Shown: positions 9,534 to 19,192, counted from the first letter of the stretch. The stretch is DNA of 64,000 nucleotides from Nannocystales bacterium (GCA_050633305.1 JBOEGF010000008.1:96001-160000), one strand, 5' to 3'. Notes: generated from the sequence alone by a model not told the origin. Program-made: numbers and translations.

Positions 9534-10400
9534 CTACTTCGTAGCGTCGGTTGCCGGGTCGAAGTCCGCGGCGCTGTGACGCTCGGCCAACTGCTCGGAC
9601 TTCTCGCCCCACACGCGATTCACCTTGCGGCCCCGCTTCACGGCAGGACGCTCGCCGATCTGCTCAGTCCAACGCATGACGTTCTTGTACTCGTGCACCG
9701 ACAAGAACTCGGCCGCGTCGTACGCAGCGTTCTTCATCAGCGCCCCGTACCAAGGCCAAACCGAGATGTCGGCGATCGAGTACTCGGAGCCGGCGAGGTA
9801 CTCGTGCTCCGCGAGCCTGCGGTCCAACACGTCGAGCTGTCGCTTGACCTCCATCGCGAATCGGTTGATGGGATACTCCATCTTCGATGGGGCATAGGCG
9901 TAGAAGTGCCCGAACCCACCGCCGAGGTAGGGGCCGGAACCCATCTGCCAAAATAGCCAGTTCAGCGCTTCCGTCCGCTCGGCGTGCCCTTTGGGGAGCA
10001 AGGCCCCGAACTTCTCCGCGAGGTAGAGCAGAATCGAGCCCGACTCGAAGACCCGCACGTGTGGATCTTCGCTTCGGTCGAGCAGTGCCGGGATCTTGGA
10101 GTTCGGGTTGACGTCGACGAACCCGCTGCTGAACTGGTCGCCCTCTTGAATGTTGATCAGCCAGGCGTCGTACTCGGCCTCGCTGTGACCCGCCTCGAGG
10201 AGTTCCTCGAAGATGATGCCGGCCTTCACACCATTGGGCGTTGCGAGCGAGTAGAGCTGATACGGGTGTTCGCCGACCGGTAGGACCTTATCATGCGTCG
10301 GCCCCGAGATCGGTCGGTTGATGTTGGCGAACTTCCCCCCGCTCTCCTTGTCCCAGGTCCAGACGTTGGGGGGCGTGTAGGTCTTACTCGAATCGGTCAT
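9534..10400 (-). CDS. yghU: Glutathione-dependent disulfide-bond oxidoreductase (GST nu class)
   Basis: 'YTPPNVWTW', 'FANINRP', 'QLYSLATPNGVK', 'NPNSKIPAL', 'VFESGSILLYLAEK', 'GGGFGHFYAYAP'. Confidence 0.93.
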   Translation of the reverse strand: MTDSSKTYTPPNVWTWDKESGGKFANINRPISGPTHDKVLPVGEHPYQLYSLATPNGVKAGIIFEELLEAGHSEAEYDAWLINIQEGDQFSSGFVDVNPNSKIPALLDRSEDPHVRVFESGSILLYLAEKFGALLPKGHAERTEALNWLFWQMGSGPYLGGGFGHFYAYAPSKMEYPINRFAMEVKRQLDVLDRRLAEHEYLAGSEYSIADISVWPWYGALMKNAAYDAAEFLSVHEYKNVMRWTEQIGERPAVKRGRKVNRVWGEKSEQLAERHSAADFDPATDATK

Positions 10401-10535
10401 GGCTCGTTCCACCCTTGGCGCGATGAATTCGCTGCCGAGCGCCGCCATGTTACCCAGCGACCTTCGCTCTCCGACCGACTCGGCAAAAGAAATCCGGTTT
10501 TCCCGCCGGCGCCGACACCGGGCGCGATCGAAACC

Positions 10536-11552
10536 TCACCCAACGCCGTGGCGGCGTTCCCAGACAGACTTCTGCCGCGCGTCCAGCTCCGCGGTCGCGA
10601 CCGCCTTGCCCTTGATCAGGCACGCGAGCTGGTACTCGCGGAGGAAGTCCCGAAACTCCTCGGTCCCAAAGCGTGGCTTCCGCTCGGCCATCGCCTTGAC
10701 GTAGCCCAGCCACATCCCGAACCCACCGACAACATACGGCGGCCGTGTCATGCGAAACGCTGAGCTTGCGGTCATGTACGCGAGACCGGTCCCCATGTAG
10801 TGCTGTCCGAAGCCATGCCGCATGCGTCCGGTGAGCACGCCCTTGTGGCTCGAGCCCATCGGCCGCAGATGGACGAATCGAAGCTCCGGGTCATCCCAGC
10901 TGCAAGCGATCCAGCCCATCATCCGACACGTGTGGCAGTCGATGCCGTCCCACATCACTTCGCGTGCGAAGCCACCGATCTCTTCGAAGCATGTCCGGCG
11001 ATAGAACTTGGTCATCCCGACCGACATCTCATCGCCGCACTTCTCGCTGATGAGCGGGCCGTACGTGCGCTCGTAGTCGGGGACGGTCGCCGTGAGGTCG
11101 TGCTTGGGGTGCGCGGCGTTGTGGACCGCCTCAGCGTCGCGCTCCGGAAAGTACGGCTTGCCGCTACAGGTTCCGATGCGTGGATTGGCTTCCATCCGCT
11201 CGATGAGGGCCTCGAAGTATCGAGGGGGAAGATCGAGATCCAGGTCGAGCTTGGTGATGTACTCGAACTGGCTGACATCCACCTGATCCCACCCGTAGTA
11301 GAAGGTCTCGATCACGCCCGGGCCCACGCTCCGGCCGCCCCGGTCGGGCTTTCGGACGACTTGGATGAACTCGTGCTCCTGCTCGTAGCGCTCGAGCATC
11401 TCAGGCGTGGCGTCGGTCGAACCATCGTCGACGACCAGCAACAGCTTCGGCTGCACGGTCTGAGCGATGAGAGAATCGATCGTGCGCTGCAGGTACGCCG
11501 CTTCGTCGCGGCAGGGACAGATGACAAGGTAGTCGCGGCTCTTGGCGTTCAT
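10536..11552 (-). CDS. Glycosyltransferase family 2
   Basis: 'VICPCRDEA', 'VVDDGSTDAT', 'KLDLD' DxD motif. Confidence 0.9.
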   Translation of the reverse strand: MNAKSRDYLVICPCRDEAAYLQRTIDSLIAQTVQPKLLLVVDDGSTDATPEMLERYEQEHEFIQVVRKPDRGGRSVGPGVIETFYYGWDQVDVSQFEYITKLDLDLDLPPRYFEALIERMEANPRIGTCSGKPYFPERDAEAVHNAAHPKHDLTATVPDYERTYGPLISEKCGDEMSVGMTKFYRRTCFEEIGGFAREVMWDGIDCHTCRMMGWIACSWDDPELRFVHLRPMGSSHKGVLTGRMRHGFGQHYMGTGLAYMTASSAFRMTRPPYVVGGFGMWLGYVKAMAERKPRFGTEEFRDFLREYQLACLIKGKAVATAELDARQKSVWERRHGVG

Positions 11553-11566
11553 GAGGACGGCGTCCT

Positions 11567-12847
11567 TCAGCGAGGAGACACAGCGGCATCGAGGTCGACG
11601 CCATGAGCCCGCGCAATCGAGGCGGCGATGCGCCCAACGTTGAGGCTGAGGTCAAACTCCTCGACCACCCGCGCCCGACCCCCACGGGCCATCCGATCGC
11701 GCGCCTCGTCGTCGCGCAACAGTCGGGTGATCGCGGCTCCCAGTTCCGCACCAGACTCCGGTGCGACCAACAAACCGCTCTTGTTGTGGGCGACCAGCTC
11801 TCGAATCGAGGGGATGTCCCCCGCGATGACCGGCACGCCCGAAGCCATGGCCTCCATCAACACGACCGGGATTCCGTCGCGATCCCCCGACTTGGCGATG
11901 CGACAAGGCAACACAAAGAGGTCGGCCGCTTGAAGGCGCTCGCGCACCTCGTGGTTGGGCACGGGCCCGGTAAACTCGACCTTTCCCTGAAGCTTGAGGG
12001 AGTCGCGCAGCGACTCGAGCGCAGCCGCCTCTTCTCCACCGCCCATGATCGTGCAGTGATACCCGGGCATGTCTGCGGGTTGCTCCGCCAGCGCATGCAA
12101 GAGGAGGTCGAAGCCTTTCTTCTCGATGAGCCGGCCCACCGTCACGATGCGAATCGGTCCAGGCGGACGCGACGCGGGAGGGCTAAACTCGCTGACGTCC
12201 ACGCCGCAGCGCACGACCGGGAGGCGATGCTCCTCGAGCGTCCGTCGGCCCGACTCGGTCAGCAGCTCTTGATAGAACCGGTGGTGCCACTCGCTGATGC
12301 AGGCGCAAAACGCAGCCCGCTTGAGCTTCGTCCGCAGCATGGTTCGCTGGCTGAAGATGTCGACCGCGTGCCCGGTGAAGCTGAACGGTACCCCCAGCTG
12401 AAGCGCGAGCAGCATCGCAATCGATGCTGGAACGTGTGCCATGTGAGCATGAATGTGCTGCACGCCATGACGCCGCGCCGACTCGGCGGCACCGAGGACC
12501 CCGAGCGCTTGCCAGATCAGCTTGGCCCGCCGAAGCCCCGAGATATCGTCTCCGCCCAGCGCAAGCTTCCCTGCCAGCCCCAGCGTTCGCAGGGTGCTTC
12601 GAGGATGACGCGCGACCTCAGCGGCCGCGCTGCTCAACACTTTCGAGAGGCCGCGGTACAGCACCTCGGACTCGGAGGCGAGCGCGTCGAGGGTTGCCGT
12701 TCCCAGATCGAGCTCGGGGGGCCGTACCGACAGCGCCGAGACATCCCAGCCTGCTGCCCGCAGCCCCAACAGCTCACGATAGACGAACGTCTCGGAGCGC
12801 TTGGGCAGCATCGCTGCCACGTACATGACCTTGGGTCTGGCGGGCAT
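11567..12847 (-). CDS. Glycosyltransferase family 4 (WcaL-like)
   Basis: 'SETFVYRE', 'HIHAH', 'TVGRLIEKKG', 'DGIPVVLMEAMASGVPV'; ATG overlaps upstream TAA. Confidence 0.92.
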   Translation of the reverse strand: MPARPKVMYVAAMLPKRSETFVYRELLGLRAAGWDVSALSVRPPELDLGTATLDALASESEVLYRGLSKVLSSAAAEVARHPRSTLRTLGLAGKLALGGDDISGLRRAKLIWQALGVLGAAESARRHGVQHIHAHMAHVPASIAMLLALQLGVPFSFTGHAVDIFSQRTMLRTKLKRAAFCACISEWHHRFYQELLTESGRRTLEEHRLPVVRCGVDVSEFSPPASRPPGPIRIVTVGRLIEKKGFDLLLHALAEQPADMPGYHCTIMGGGEEAAALESLRDSLKLQGKVEFTGPVPNHEVRERLQAADLFVLPCRIAKSGDRDGIPVVLMEAMASGVPVIAGDIPSIRELVAHNKSGLLVAPESGAELGAAITRLLRDDEARDRMARGGRARVVEEFDLSLNVGRIAASIARAHGVDLDAAVSPR

Positions 12848-13866
12848 TACGAGTCGGCTCCTTTGTATTCGATGAGCGTGCCCTGCTGGTTGCGCAGACG
12901 ATTCCACGCGTACTTGAGCATTCCGGCAGCTTGCGGGAACTTGCTGGCGACCGCGGAGAGGGCAAAGATTCTGGCTTCGTCCGGGGGAAATCCGCGTCCG
13001 CGCGCGTACCGGTAGACCTTGAGCAGCAGGGCGGGATACGCCCCCAACCCGAGAATGCTCAACCCCCCAGACACGGGAGCGAACGGCACACTCATCGCAG
13101 GCGGACCGAGCGCCCAACCCAAGGTGGAGACCACCTCCTTGCGCCGGTACCCATCCTCCGATCCGTGGAGCGCGAACCCTTCGGCCCACGCATAACCGCA
13201 CCGTTTCGCCCGCTGCCACCACTGCGACGCGTTGGTCATCGCAGCGTCATGCAGCGTCATCTCGGCCTCGATGCGCTCGATGGTCCAGCCAGCACGACGC
13301 ATTCGAAGACACATCTCGGGCTCCTCGCCCGCGATCAAGTCCTCGCGATAGCCACCGATCTCCTGAAAGGTCCGGACCCGAATCAGCGCGTCACCTCCAC
13401 AGGCGTCGGCGATGCCGATCGGGGTGTCCCACTCGATGTCACACAGACGGTTGTAGACCGAACGCTCGGGGTAACGCTCGCGCCTGCGGCCGCACACGAC
13501 CGCACGACGAGGGTCCGCCCGAATCGCGTCCAGAGCCGTCGAGATCCAGGCGGGATCGAGTTCGCAGTCCCCGTCGACAAACTGGATGAACGCGACGTCC
13601 GGCGACTTGGCGAGCAACCGCTTGGCGCCGGCGTTGCGAGCTCGAGCCGCGGTGAACTTGATCGAGGTGTCGAGGTCGTGCACCTCGGCCCCCAAGCTCC
13701 GCGCGGTTTGGACACTGTCGTCGGTGGAGCCCGAGTCCACGTAGACGACGTGGGCAACCCGGCCAGGACCGGTGAGCATCGACTCCAGGCAGCGGCGCAA
13801 CCGCTCGCCTTCGTTCCGCCCGATCACGACTGCGCCGACGTTGGTGAAAGGCTGCTGCGAGGTCAT
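12847..13866 (-). CDS. Glycosyltransferase family 2
   Basis: 'VVIGRNEGERL', 'YVDSGSTDDS', 'ARARNAG', 'FVDGD', 'AGEEPEMC'; C-terminal hydrophobic segments. Confidence 0.92.
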   Translation of the reverse strand: MTSQQPFTNVGAVVIGRNEGERLRRCLESMLTGPGRVAHVVYVDSGSTDDSVQTARSLGAEVHDLDTSIKFTAARARNAGAKRLLAKSPDVAFIQFVDGDCELDPAWISTALDAIRADPRRAVVCGRRRERYPERSVYNRLCDIEWDTPIGIADACGGDALIRVRTFQEIGGYREDLIAGEEPEMCLRMRRAGWTIERIEAEMTLHDAAMTNASQWWQRAKRCGYAWAEGFALHGSEDGYRRKEVVSTLGWALGPPAMSVPFAPVSGGLSILGLGAYPALLLKVYRYARGRGFPPDEARIFALSAVASKFPQAAGMLKYAWNRLRNQQGTLIEYKGADS

Positions 13867-13922
13867 CGAACTCGCTCGTGAGATTCGGGGATAGCCCGGG
13901 CGATGTCAACACAGACGCGATG

Positions 13923-14600
13923 TCACGAATCGGGCTCTTGGAGCAGCTGCGCGTACTGAAGAGCCCGCGCTTTCTTGACCCGTTTCTTGGACAGGTCGAT
14001 GCCCACGCCGTTCAAGCCGTGGTGGTTGGCAACCGCCAGGATCGTGCCCCGTCCGCAAAACGGGTCCACGACCGTCGTCACGGTCTCGAGCCGCTGCAAG
14101 AAAGTGCAAACGGCCTCGGCCGCGCTGCTCGGCATCGCCCGAGACCACGTCATCACCCCGAGTCCATCGATGACATCCGGGCTCGCCAGGGAGTTCGGAA
14201 TGCGCCGGCCGACGGAGAAACACTGCAGGTGGCCGTAGGCGGGTCGGCCAAACGTCCGCAACCCCGGTTTCACACGGCAGACAACCTTGTGCCAAAGGCA
14301 TGCGCTGTCCGCCGCATCGGCGCCTGTATGAACGCGGTGCGCCTTGTCGATCCAAGCTCCATCCGACTTCACGTCCGTCTGGTAGAAGATCGCTACCCCC
14401 TGGGGGTGCACCGCCCGGCAGCAGGTCGCGACCGTCTCGGAGAACCAGGCCGTCCAAGCCTCCACCGACATACCCGGGAACTCGGAGACGTCGGGCAGAG
14501 ACGTGACGAGCGCGGACTCTGGGCCAAGGTCGTTCGCGGCGAGCCACTCCAGCCCGTCGCCGACCAGGACCTCTCGCTGAGGTGGGTTCGGGTCAGTCAC
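13923..14600 (-). CDS. SAM-dependent methyltransferase, N4/N6 DNA-methylase-like fold
   Basis: 'GDGLEWL...LVTSLPD' near N-terminus; SAM-binding 'VVDPFCGRGT' and 'GVGIDLS' near C-terminus. Confidence 0.75.
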   Translation of the reverse strand: MTDPNPPQREVLVGDGLEWLAANDLGPESALVTSLPDVSEFPGMSVEAWTAWFSETVATCCRAVHPQGVAIFYQTDVKSDGAWIDKAHRVHTGADAADSACLWHKVVCRVKPGLRTFGRPAYGHLQCFSVGRRIPNSLASPDVIDGLGVMTWSRAMPSSAAEAVCTFLQRLETVTTVVDPFCGRGTILAVANHHGLNGVGIDLSKKRVKKARALQYAQLLQEPDS

Positions 14601-14648
14601 CCGCGAGAAGCCTCGTACCGAGCTGGGCCGTCGAACATCGCCGGGATG

Positions 14649-15212
14649 CTACCCCACGGAACGGAACGTCTTCTTGAGCCGGACAGGACGCGGAAGCATG
14701 TTGTGCTCGATCGTCGTGCGTACCGTCACCGTATTGGACTTGGGATGCACGATGAAGCGCACCAGCGTGTGTTGGTCGCCCCCGGTGATGTCGACGATGA
14801 GCTTGCCTCCGCGCCATTTGAAGCGGCCTCGGTACTTGTCATCGACCGGGAAACTGCCGCCCCCGATCGTGCCACTGAACGCGGACTTCCCTCCCGAGCG
14901 GACGATGGAGACCTGGTCGCCGTCGACCGAGATCGACATCATTCGAGAGGGCTCCTGCGACTTCCAGATCTTCCGCCGAGCCAGCAGCCGCAGCGCCACG
15001 TTGAGGTCCTCGGTCGCCGCATCGATCTCGTCGCGTAGCTCCTGCAGCTGCGCATCGCCCCCCGCGTAGACGTACTGACCATGGTAGGCGCCCAGGCTCG
15101 GCTCATCGGCCTGCCCCGACGACGCGTCGGATCTCGCCCCCGCCGGCCCGGACCATGCGCCCAGCATGACGGCCGCCAGCCCCAACATTCTCGCCGTCCG
15201 ACCACCCTTCAT
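14649..15212 (-). CDS. Secreted hypothetical protein
   Basis: Signal peptide 'MKGGRTARMLGLAAVMLGAWSGPAGA' then a beta-rich domain; the upstream part of the track ORF is the shadow of the cyclophilin gene. Confidence 0.65.
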   Translation of the reverse strand: MKGGRTARMLGLAAVMLGAWSGPAGARSDASSGQADEPSLGAYHGQYVYAGGDAQLQELRDEIDAATEDLNVALRLLARRKIWKSQEPSRMMSISVDGDQVSIVRSGGKSAFSGTIGGGSFPVDDKYRGRFKWRGGKLIVDITGGDQHTLVRFIVHPKSNTVTVRTTIEHNMLPRPVRLKKTFRSVG

Positions 15213-15309
15213 CCCCACCTCGGAATTGTGACGCGAAACCGAGGCATCGACCAGGGCGTGAGTGTGGGATCGGGTACGCATCACGGATGGGGTAGCCTCC
15301 AGCTCTCCC

Positions 15310-16107
15310 ATGCAGCGACTTTGCATTTCCTTGGCTTCCTTCGTTCTCCTCGTCCCCGCGTGCGACTCCGGCGATGGCGATGGCGACGCGTCTTCCGCGA
15401 CCGATACAGGCTCGACGACCGGCGGTGCGGGTACCAGCGACGGCTCCGGTGGCATGAGCACTCCGGGGAACCCGTCGACGACTGTCACGGGCAACCCGAC
15501 AACCGCGACCAGCGGCCCACCTCCCACGGCGACCTCTGGCGAATCGTCCGGTAGCGGCTGGGGCAGCAGTGAATCGACGGTCAGCACCGGAACGACCACC
15601 GGCGGCAGCGGCTTCGTCGTCATGGAGACCTCCATGGGAACACTCACCATCGAGTTGTTCGCCGAAGAGGCTCCGATCACCGTCGACAACTTCCTCGCCT
15701 ACATCGACGCCGGTTTCTACGACGGCGTCGACGGTATGGGCGCGACGGTCTTTCACAGGGTGATCCCAGGCTTCGTCATTCAAGGCGGCGGTCTCACCGA
15801 CGAGCTTGTCGGCAAGGCGACGATGCCCCCCATCGTCAACGAGCACGGCGTCAGCGGTCTCACCAACCTCCGAGGGACGCTGTCGATGGCCCGTACCAAC
15901 GACCCCAACTCCGCCACCTCTCAGTTCTTCGTGAACGTGGTCGACAACGCGGGTCTGGACTCGGGGGACGGCTACGCCGTCTTTGCCCAAGTCGTGGAGG
16001 GTATGGACGTGGTGGACGCCATCGTCGCAGTACCGACCACCACAGTGGGACAGTTCGAAAACGTCCCAGTCGACGCGATCACCATCACCAGCGTCACCCT
16101 GGAGTGA
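15310..16107 (+). CDS. Cyclophilin-type peptidyl-prolyl cis-trans isomerase, lipoprotein with Ser/Thr/Gly linker
   Basis: Lipobox 'VPAC'; 'FHRVIPGFVIQGGG', 'GTLSMART', 'SATSQFFVN', 'GYAVF'. Confidence 0.93.
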   Translation: MQRLCISLASFVLLVPACDSGDGDGDASSATDTGSTTGGAGTSDGSGGMSTPGNPSTTVTGNPTTATSGPPPTATSGESSGSGWGSSESTVSTGTTTGGSGFVVMETSMGTLTIELFAEEAPITVDNFLAYIDAGFYDGVDGMGATVFHRVIPGFVIQGGGLTDELVGKATMPPIVNEHGVSGLTNLRGTLSMARTNDPNSATSQFFVNVVDNAGLDSGDGYAVFAQVVEGMDVVDAIVAVPTTTVGQFENVPVDAITITSVTLE

Positions 16108-16247
16108 TTCCGTTCGCCGTCGAAGACCGAGCGCCTGCGCGATACCGCGGGAAGCTCGGTCTCGATGAGGACACCTCTGCGTGGGGGGCAGATCGCAGCA
16201 TCGGCCCGAGGCGAATCATCCCTCGACTCGTGCTAGGACTGCTGCCG

Positions 16248-17615
16248 ATGCGCGAGCCCGGTCCCCGTGAGCTGTTCTTCGTTCCCCTGGGTGGGTCGGG
16301 CGAGATCGGCATGAACCTCAACCTCTACGGCCACGACGGTCGGTGGTTGATGATCGACTGCGGCATCACCTTCGAGCAAGAGAATGGGGTGACCCACGTG
16401 CTCATGCCAAACGTGCGGTTCGCCCACAAGCGACGCAAGCAGCTCGAGGCGCTCGTGATCACCCACGCCCACGAGGACCACCTCGGCGCCGTGGTGCATC
16501 TGTGGGACCAGCTGCAGTGCCCGGTGTACGCGACGCCCTTCGCTGCCGCCGTCCTCCGACGAAAGATCGGGGAGGCCGACATCGAAGGGGATCTCGATCT
16601 TCGCATCATCGATTGCAACACCCCGCTCGACTTGGGGCCGTTCACGCTCGAGTTTGTGGACGTCACGCACTCCACGGTCGAGTCCCAGGCGATCCTCGTC
16701 GGGACTCCCGTCGGCACGGTCCTGCACACCGGAGACTTCAAGCTCGACCCCGATCCGCTCGTGGGCCCCTCCACCGACCTCACCGCGCTCGGCAAGGCCG
16801 CCGATCGCAACATCGTCGCGGCAGTTTCCGACTCGACCAATGCCACCAAAGACGTGTCCAGCCGGAGCGAAGCCGAGCTCCGTGATGCCCTGGTTCAGCG
16901 GCTCGAGCGGGTGAAGACCGGCCGCATCGCAGTCGCGTGTTTCAGCAGCAACATCGCGCGCATCGACACCTTCATCAAGATGGCGGCACATCTCGAGCGG
17001 CACCCGGTCCTGCTGGGTCGTTCATTGCGGCGTATGGTCGGCTGTGCCCGCGAGACGGAATACCTCTCCGAGTCCGAGATGGAGATCGAGGTCCGCGACT
17101 TCGGCTACCTCCCGCCGAGCAAGCTCATGCTGATCTGTACCGGAACCCAGGGCGAGCCCGGCTCGGCGATGGACCGGATCTCGCGCGACGACCACCGTGA
17201 CATCAGCTTCGAGAGGGGCGACCTCGTGTTGTTCTCCTCAAAGATCATTCCCGGCAATGAAGACGGCGTGCACCGACTCCACAGCCAGCTGCGAGGCCGA
17301 GGCGTCGAGGTGGTCAGCGAGAACGAGGAGTTCGTCCATGTGTCCGGCCACCCCGGGCGCCCAGAGCTCCGCCGGGTCTACGAGCTCGCCCAGCCGGCTT
17401 CGATCGTCCCGGTGCACGGCGAGGAGCGCCACATGACCGCGCACGCCGAGCTCGCGACGGAGATGGGACTGCCCAGCGTCGTTCCGTTCAACGGAGCCGT
17501 CGTGCAACTCGTCCCCGGACCGCCAAAGATCATCGACAAGGTCGAGCACGGGCGGACCAGGGTCCCCGGCCGTGAGAGCGGGAGACGCCCCCCTCGCCAC
17601 AAGAAACGCCGCTGA
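16248..17615 (+). CDS. rnj: Ribonuclease J (metallo-beta-lactamase/beta-CASP)
   Basis: 'PLGGSGEIGMN', 'THAHEDHLG', 'HTGDFK', 'SDSTNA', 'FSSNIAR', 'TGTQGEP', 'HVSGH', 'PVHGE'. Confidence 0.92.
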   Translation: MREPGPRELFFVPLGGSGEIGMNLNLYGHDGRWLMIDCGITFEQENGVTHVLMPNVRFAHKRRKQLEALVITHAHEDHLGAVVHLWDQLQCPVYATPFAAAVLRRKIGEADIEGDLDLRIIDCNTPLDLGPFTLEFVDVTHSTVESQAILVGTPVGTVLHTGDFKLDPDPLVGPSTDLTALGKAADRNIVAAVSDSTNATKDVSSRSEAELRDALVQRLERVKTGRIAVACFSSNIARIDTFIKMAAHLERHPVLLGRSLRRMVGCARETEYLSESEMEIEVRDFGYLPPSKLMLICTGTQGEPGSAMDRISRDDHRDISFERGDLVLFSSKIIPGNEDGVHRLHSQLRGRGVEVVSENEEFVHVSGHPGRPELRRVYELAQPASIVPVHGEERHMTAHAELATEMGLPSVVPFNGAVVQLVPGPPKIIDKVEHGRTRVPGRESGRRPPRHKKRR

Positions 17616-17644
17616 GCTCTGCCCCGCGTGTGACAACCTCGGGC

Positions 17645-18046
17645 ATGGCGTTCCTCGAACTCGTCACGATCGTCGTAGAGGACTACGACCCGGCGATTGC
17701 GTTCTTCGTCGACGTGCTCGGTTTCGAGCTGACCGAGGACTCACCGTCCAGGACCAACGATGGGCGGCCGAAGCGGTGGGTGGTCGTCCGCCCACCCGGT
17801 GCAGCGACGGGCATCCTGCTGGCCCGCGCCGACGGACCTCGTCAGTCCGCGACCGTCGGTCAGCAGCTCGCAGGCCGAGTCGGGTTTTTCCTGCGCACCA
17901 ATGACTTCGAGCAGCGCGTGACAAAGATGAGGGCTGCGGGGGTCCAGTTCGTGTCCCCGCCCCGAAACGAGCCGTACGGAAAGGTCGCCGTCTTCGTCGA
18001 TGTCGCGGGCAACCGGTGGGACCTGCTGGGCCCCAAGCCGGACTGA
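17645..18046 (+). CDS. VOC/glyoxalase family protein
   Basis: 'VTIVVEDYDPAIAFFVDVLGF', 'KRWVVV', 'EPYGKVAVFVDVAGNRWDL'. Confidence 0.88.
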   Translation: MAFLELVTIVVEDYDPAIAFFVDVLGFELTEDSPSRTNDGRPKRWVVVRPPGAATGILLARADGPRQSATVGQQLAGRVGFFLRTNDFEQRVTKMRAAGVQFVSPPRNEPYGKVAVFVDVAGNRWDLLGPKPD

Positions 18047-18169
18047 GACCCGCCCGGACGCGAATGCCCTGCCCCGGACATGGATGTCGTGGCGGCCGGG
18101 CGGAGACCTCAGCCCAACCCCCTATGAGGCCGTCACCGAGTTGGCATCCGAGCTGCACTGGAGGGAGAC

Positions 18170-19192
18170 GTGGCTTGGCGTCAGCTCTACACCCCCGTTC
18201 TCGCGCTCCTGCCCGCTCTGGCTCTGGGCGGCTGTGACTCCGAAGATCCCGTCGTCGAAGATGGCATCGAGTCCAGCGACGAGAGCGACGCCGACGCCCC
18301 GGACGAGGAAGGCCAAGACGAGGAAGGCCAAGACGACGACGCTCAGGACCCGGAAGGTCAAGACGACGACACTCAAGACCCGGAAGACGATGGCGAGGAC
18401 GACGACTCCGACGCCCCACCTCCGCCGCCCAAGCCCGCAGCGGCCGTTCCTTGTGACGAAGACCAGGCCTGGGAGGGCTACGAGTGCGAGACACAAGAGG
18501 GGGAGCCCGGCTCACAACAGTGCATCATCCTCGACGACGAAGAGTTCTGGACACCGTGCACGACTGAGGAGGCCGAATGCGTCCCCGGGGACGGCTACGA
18601 CCAGGGTTGCCTCGGAGAGCTGTGTACCTGGAACGGCGAGGGCTTCGAGCGACACTCCTGGGAGGACGACGATTGCATCACGCCGTTGGTCCTGAACTTC
18701 GACCGCGGCCCGGTCGAGTTCGCTCCCGTCGCCGCCGCGACATTCGACCTGTCGACCGACGGCACCTGCACCAACACCGCGTGGCCGACTTCGCCCTGGC
18801 TTGCGCTCGACCGCGACGGCGACGGCATGATCAAGAGCGGCGCCGAGCTGTTCGGCAATGCAACCCAGATGAGCAGCGGTGGATTCGCCCAACATGGGTT
18901 CGCGGCCCTCTCCGAGCTCGACTCCAACCTCGACGGCAAGATCGACGCACAGGACGAGCGATTCTCCGAGCTGGTCCTCTGGAACGACCTCGATGACGAT
19001 CGCATCGGAGCCTACGCCGAGCTGCGGCCGCTGACCGAGAGCACGGTCGTCTCCATCGACCTCGGCTTCTCCCGCCGCGCCAACTGCGATGCGATGGGCA
19101 ACTGCGGCTTCGAACGCGCAGCGTTTGAGTACCAGCAAGCCGGGAGCACCGAGTTCGGCGAAGTCGTCGACGTTCGCCTGCTCTGCCAGTAA
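18170..19192 (+). CDS. Acidic lipoprotein with Cys-rich domain and C-terminal Ca2+-binding FrpC self-processing-module-like domain
   Basis: Lipobox 'LGGC'; 'TPLVLNFD...LALDRDGDGMIKSGAELFG...HGFAALSELDSNLDGKIDAQDERFSELVLWNDLDDD'. Confidence 0.8.
   Translation: MAWRQLYTPVLALLPALALGGCDSEDPVVEDGIESSDESDADAPDEEGQDEEGQDDDAQDPEGQDDDTQDPEDDGEDDDSDAPPPPPKPAAAVPCDEDQAWEGYECETQEGEPGSQQCIILDDEEFWTPCTTEEAECVPGDGYDQGCLGELCTWNGEGFERHSWEDDDCITPLVLNFDRGPVEFAPVAAATFDLSTDGTCTNTAWPTSPWLALDRDGDGMIKSGAELFGNATQMSSGGFAQHGFAALSELDSNLDGKIDAQDERFSELVLWNDLDDDRIGAYAELRPLTESTVVSIDLGFSRRANCDAMGNCGFERAAFEYQQAGSTEFGEVVDVRLLCQ
18302..18391 (+). repeat. Intragenic tandem repeats (2 x 15 bp exact, then 2 x 30 bp imperfect) encoding an acidic linker
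   Basis: GACGAGGAAGGCCAA twice (18302-18331), then GACGACGAC(G/A)CTCA(G/A)GACCCGGAAG... twice (18332-18391). Confidence 0.8.
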
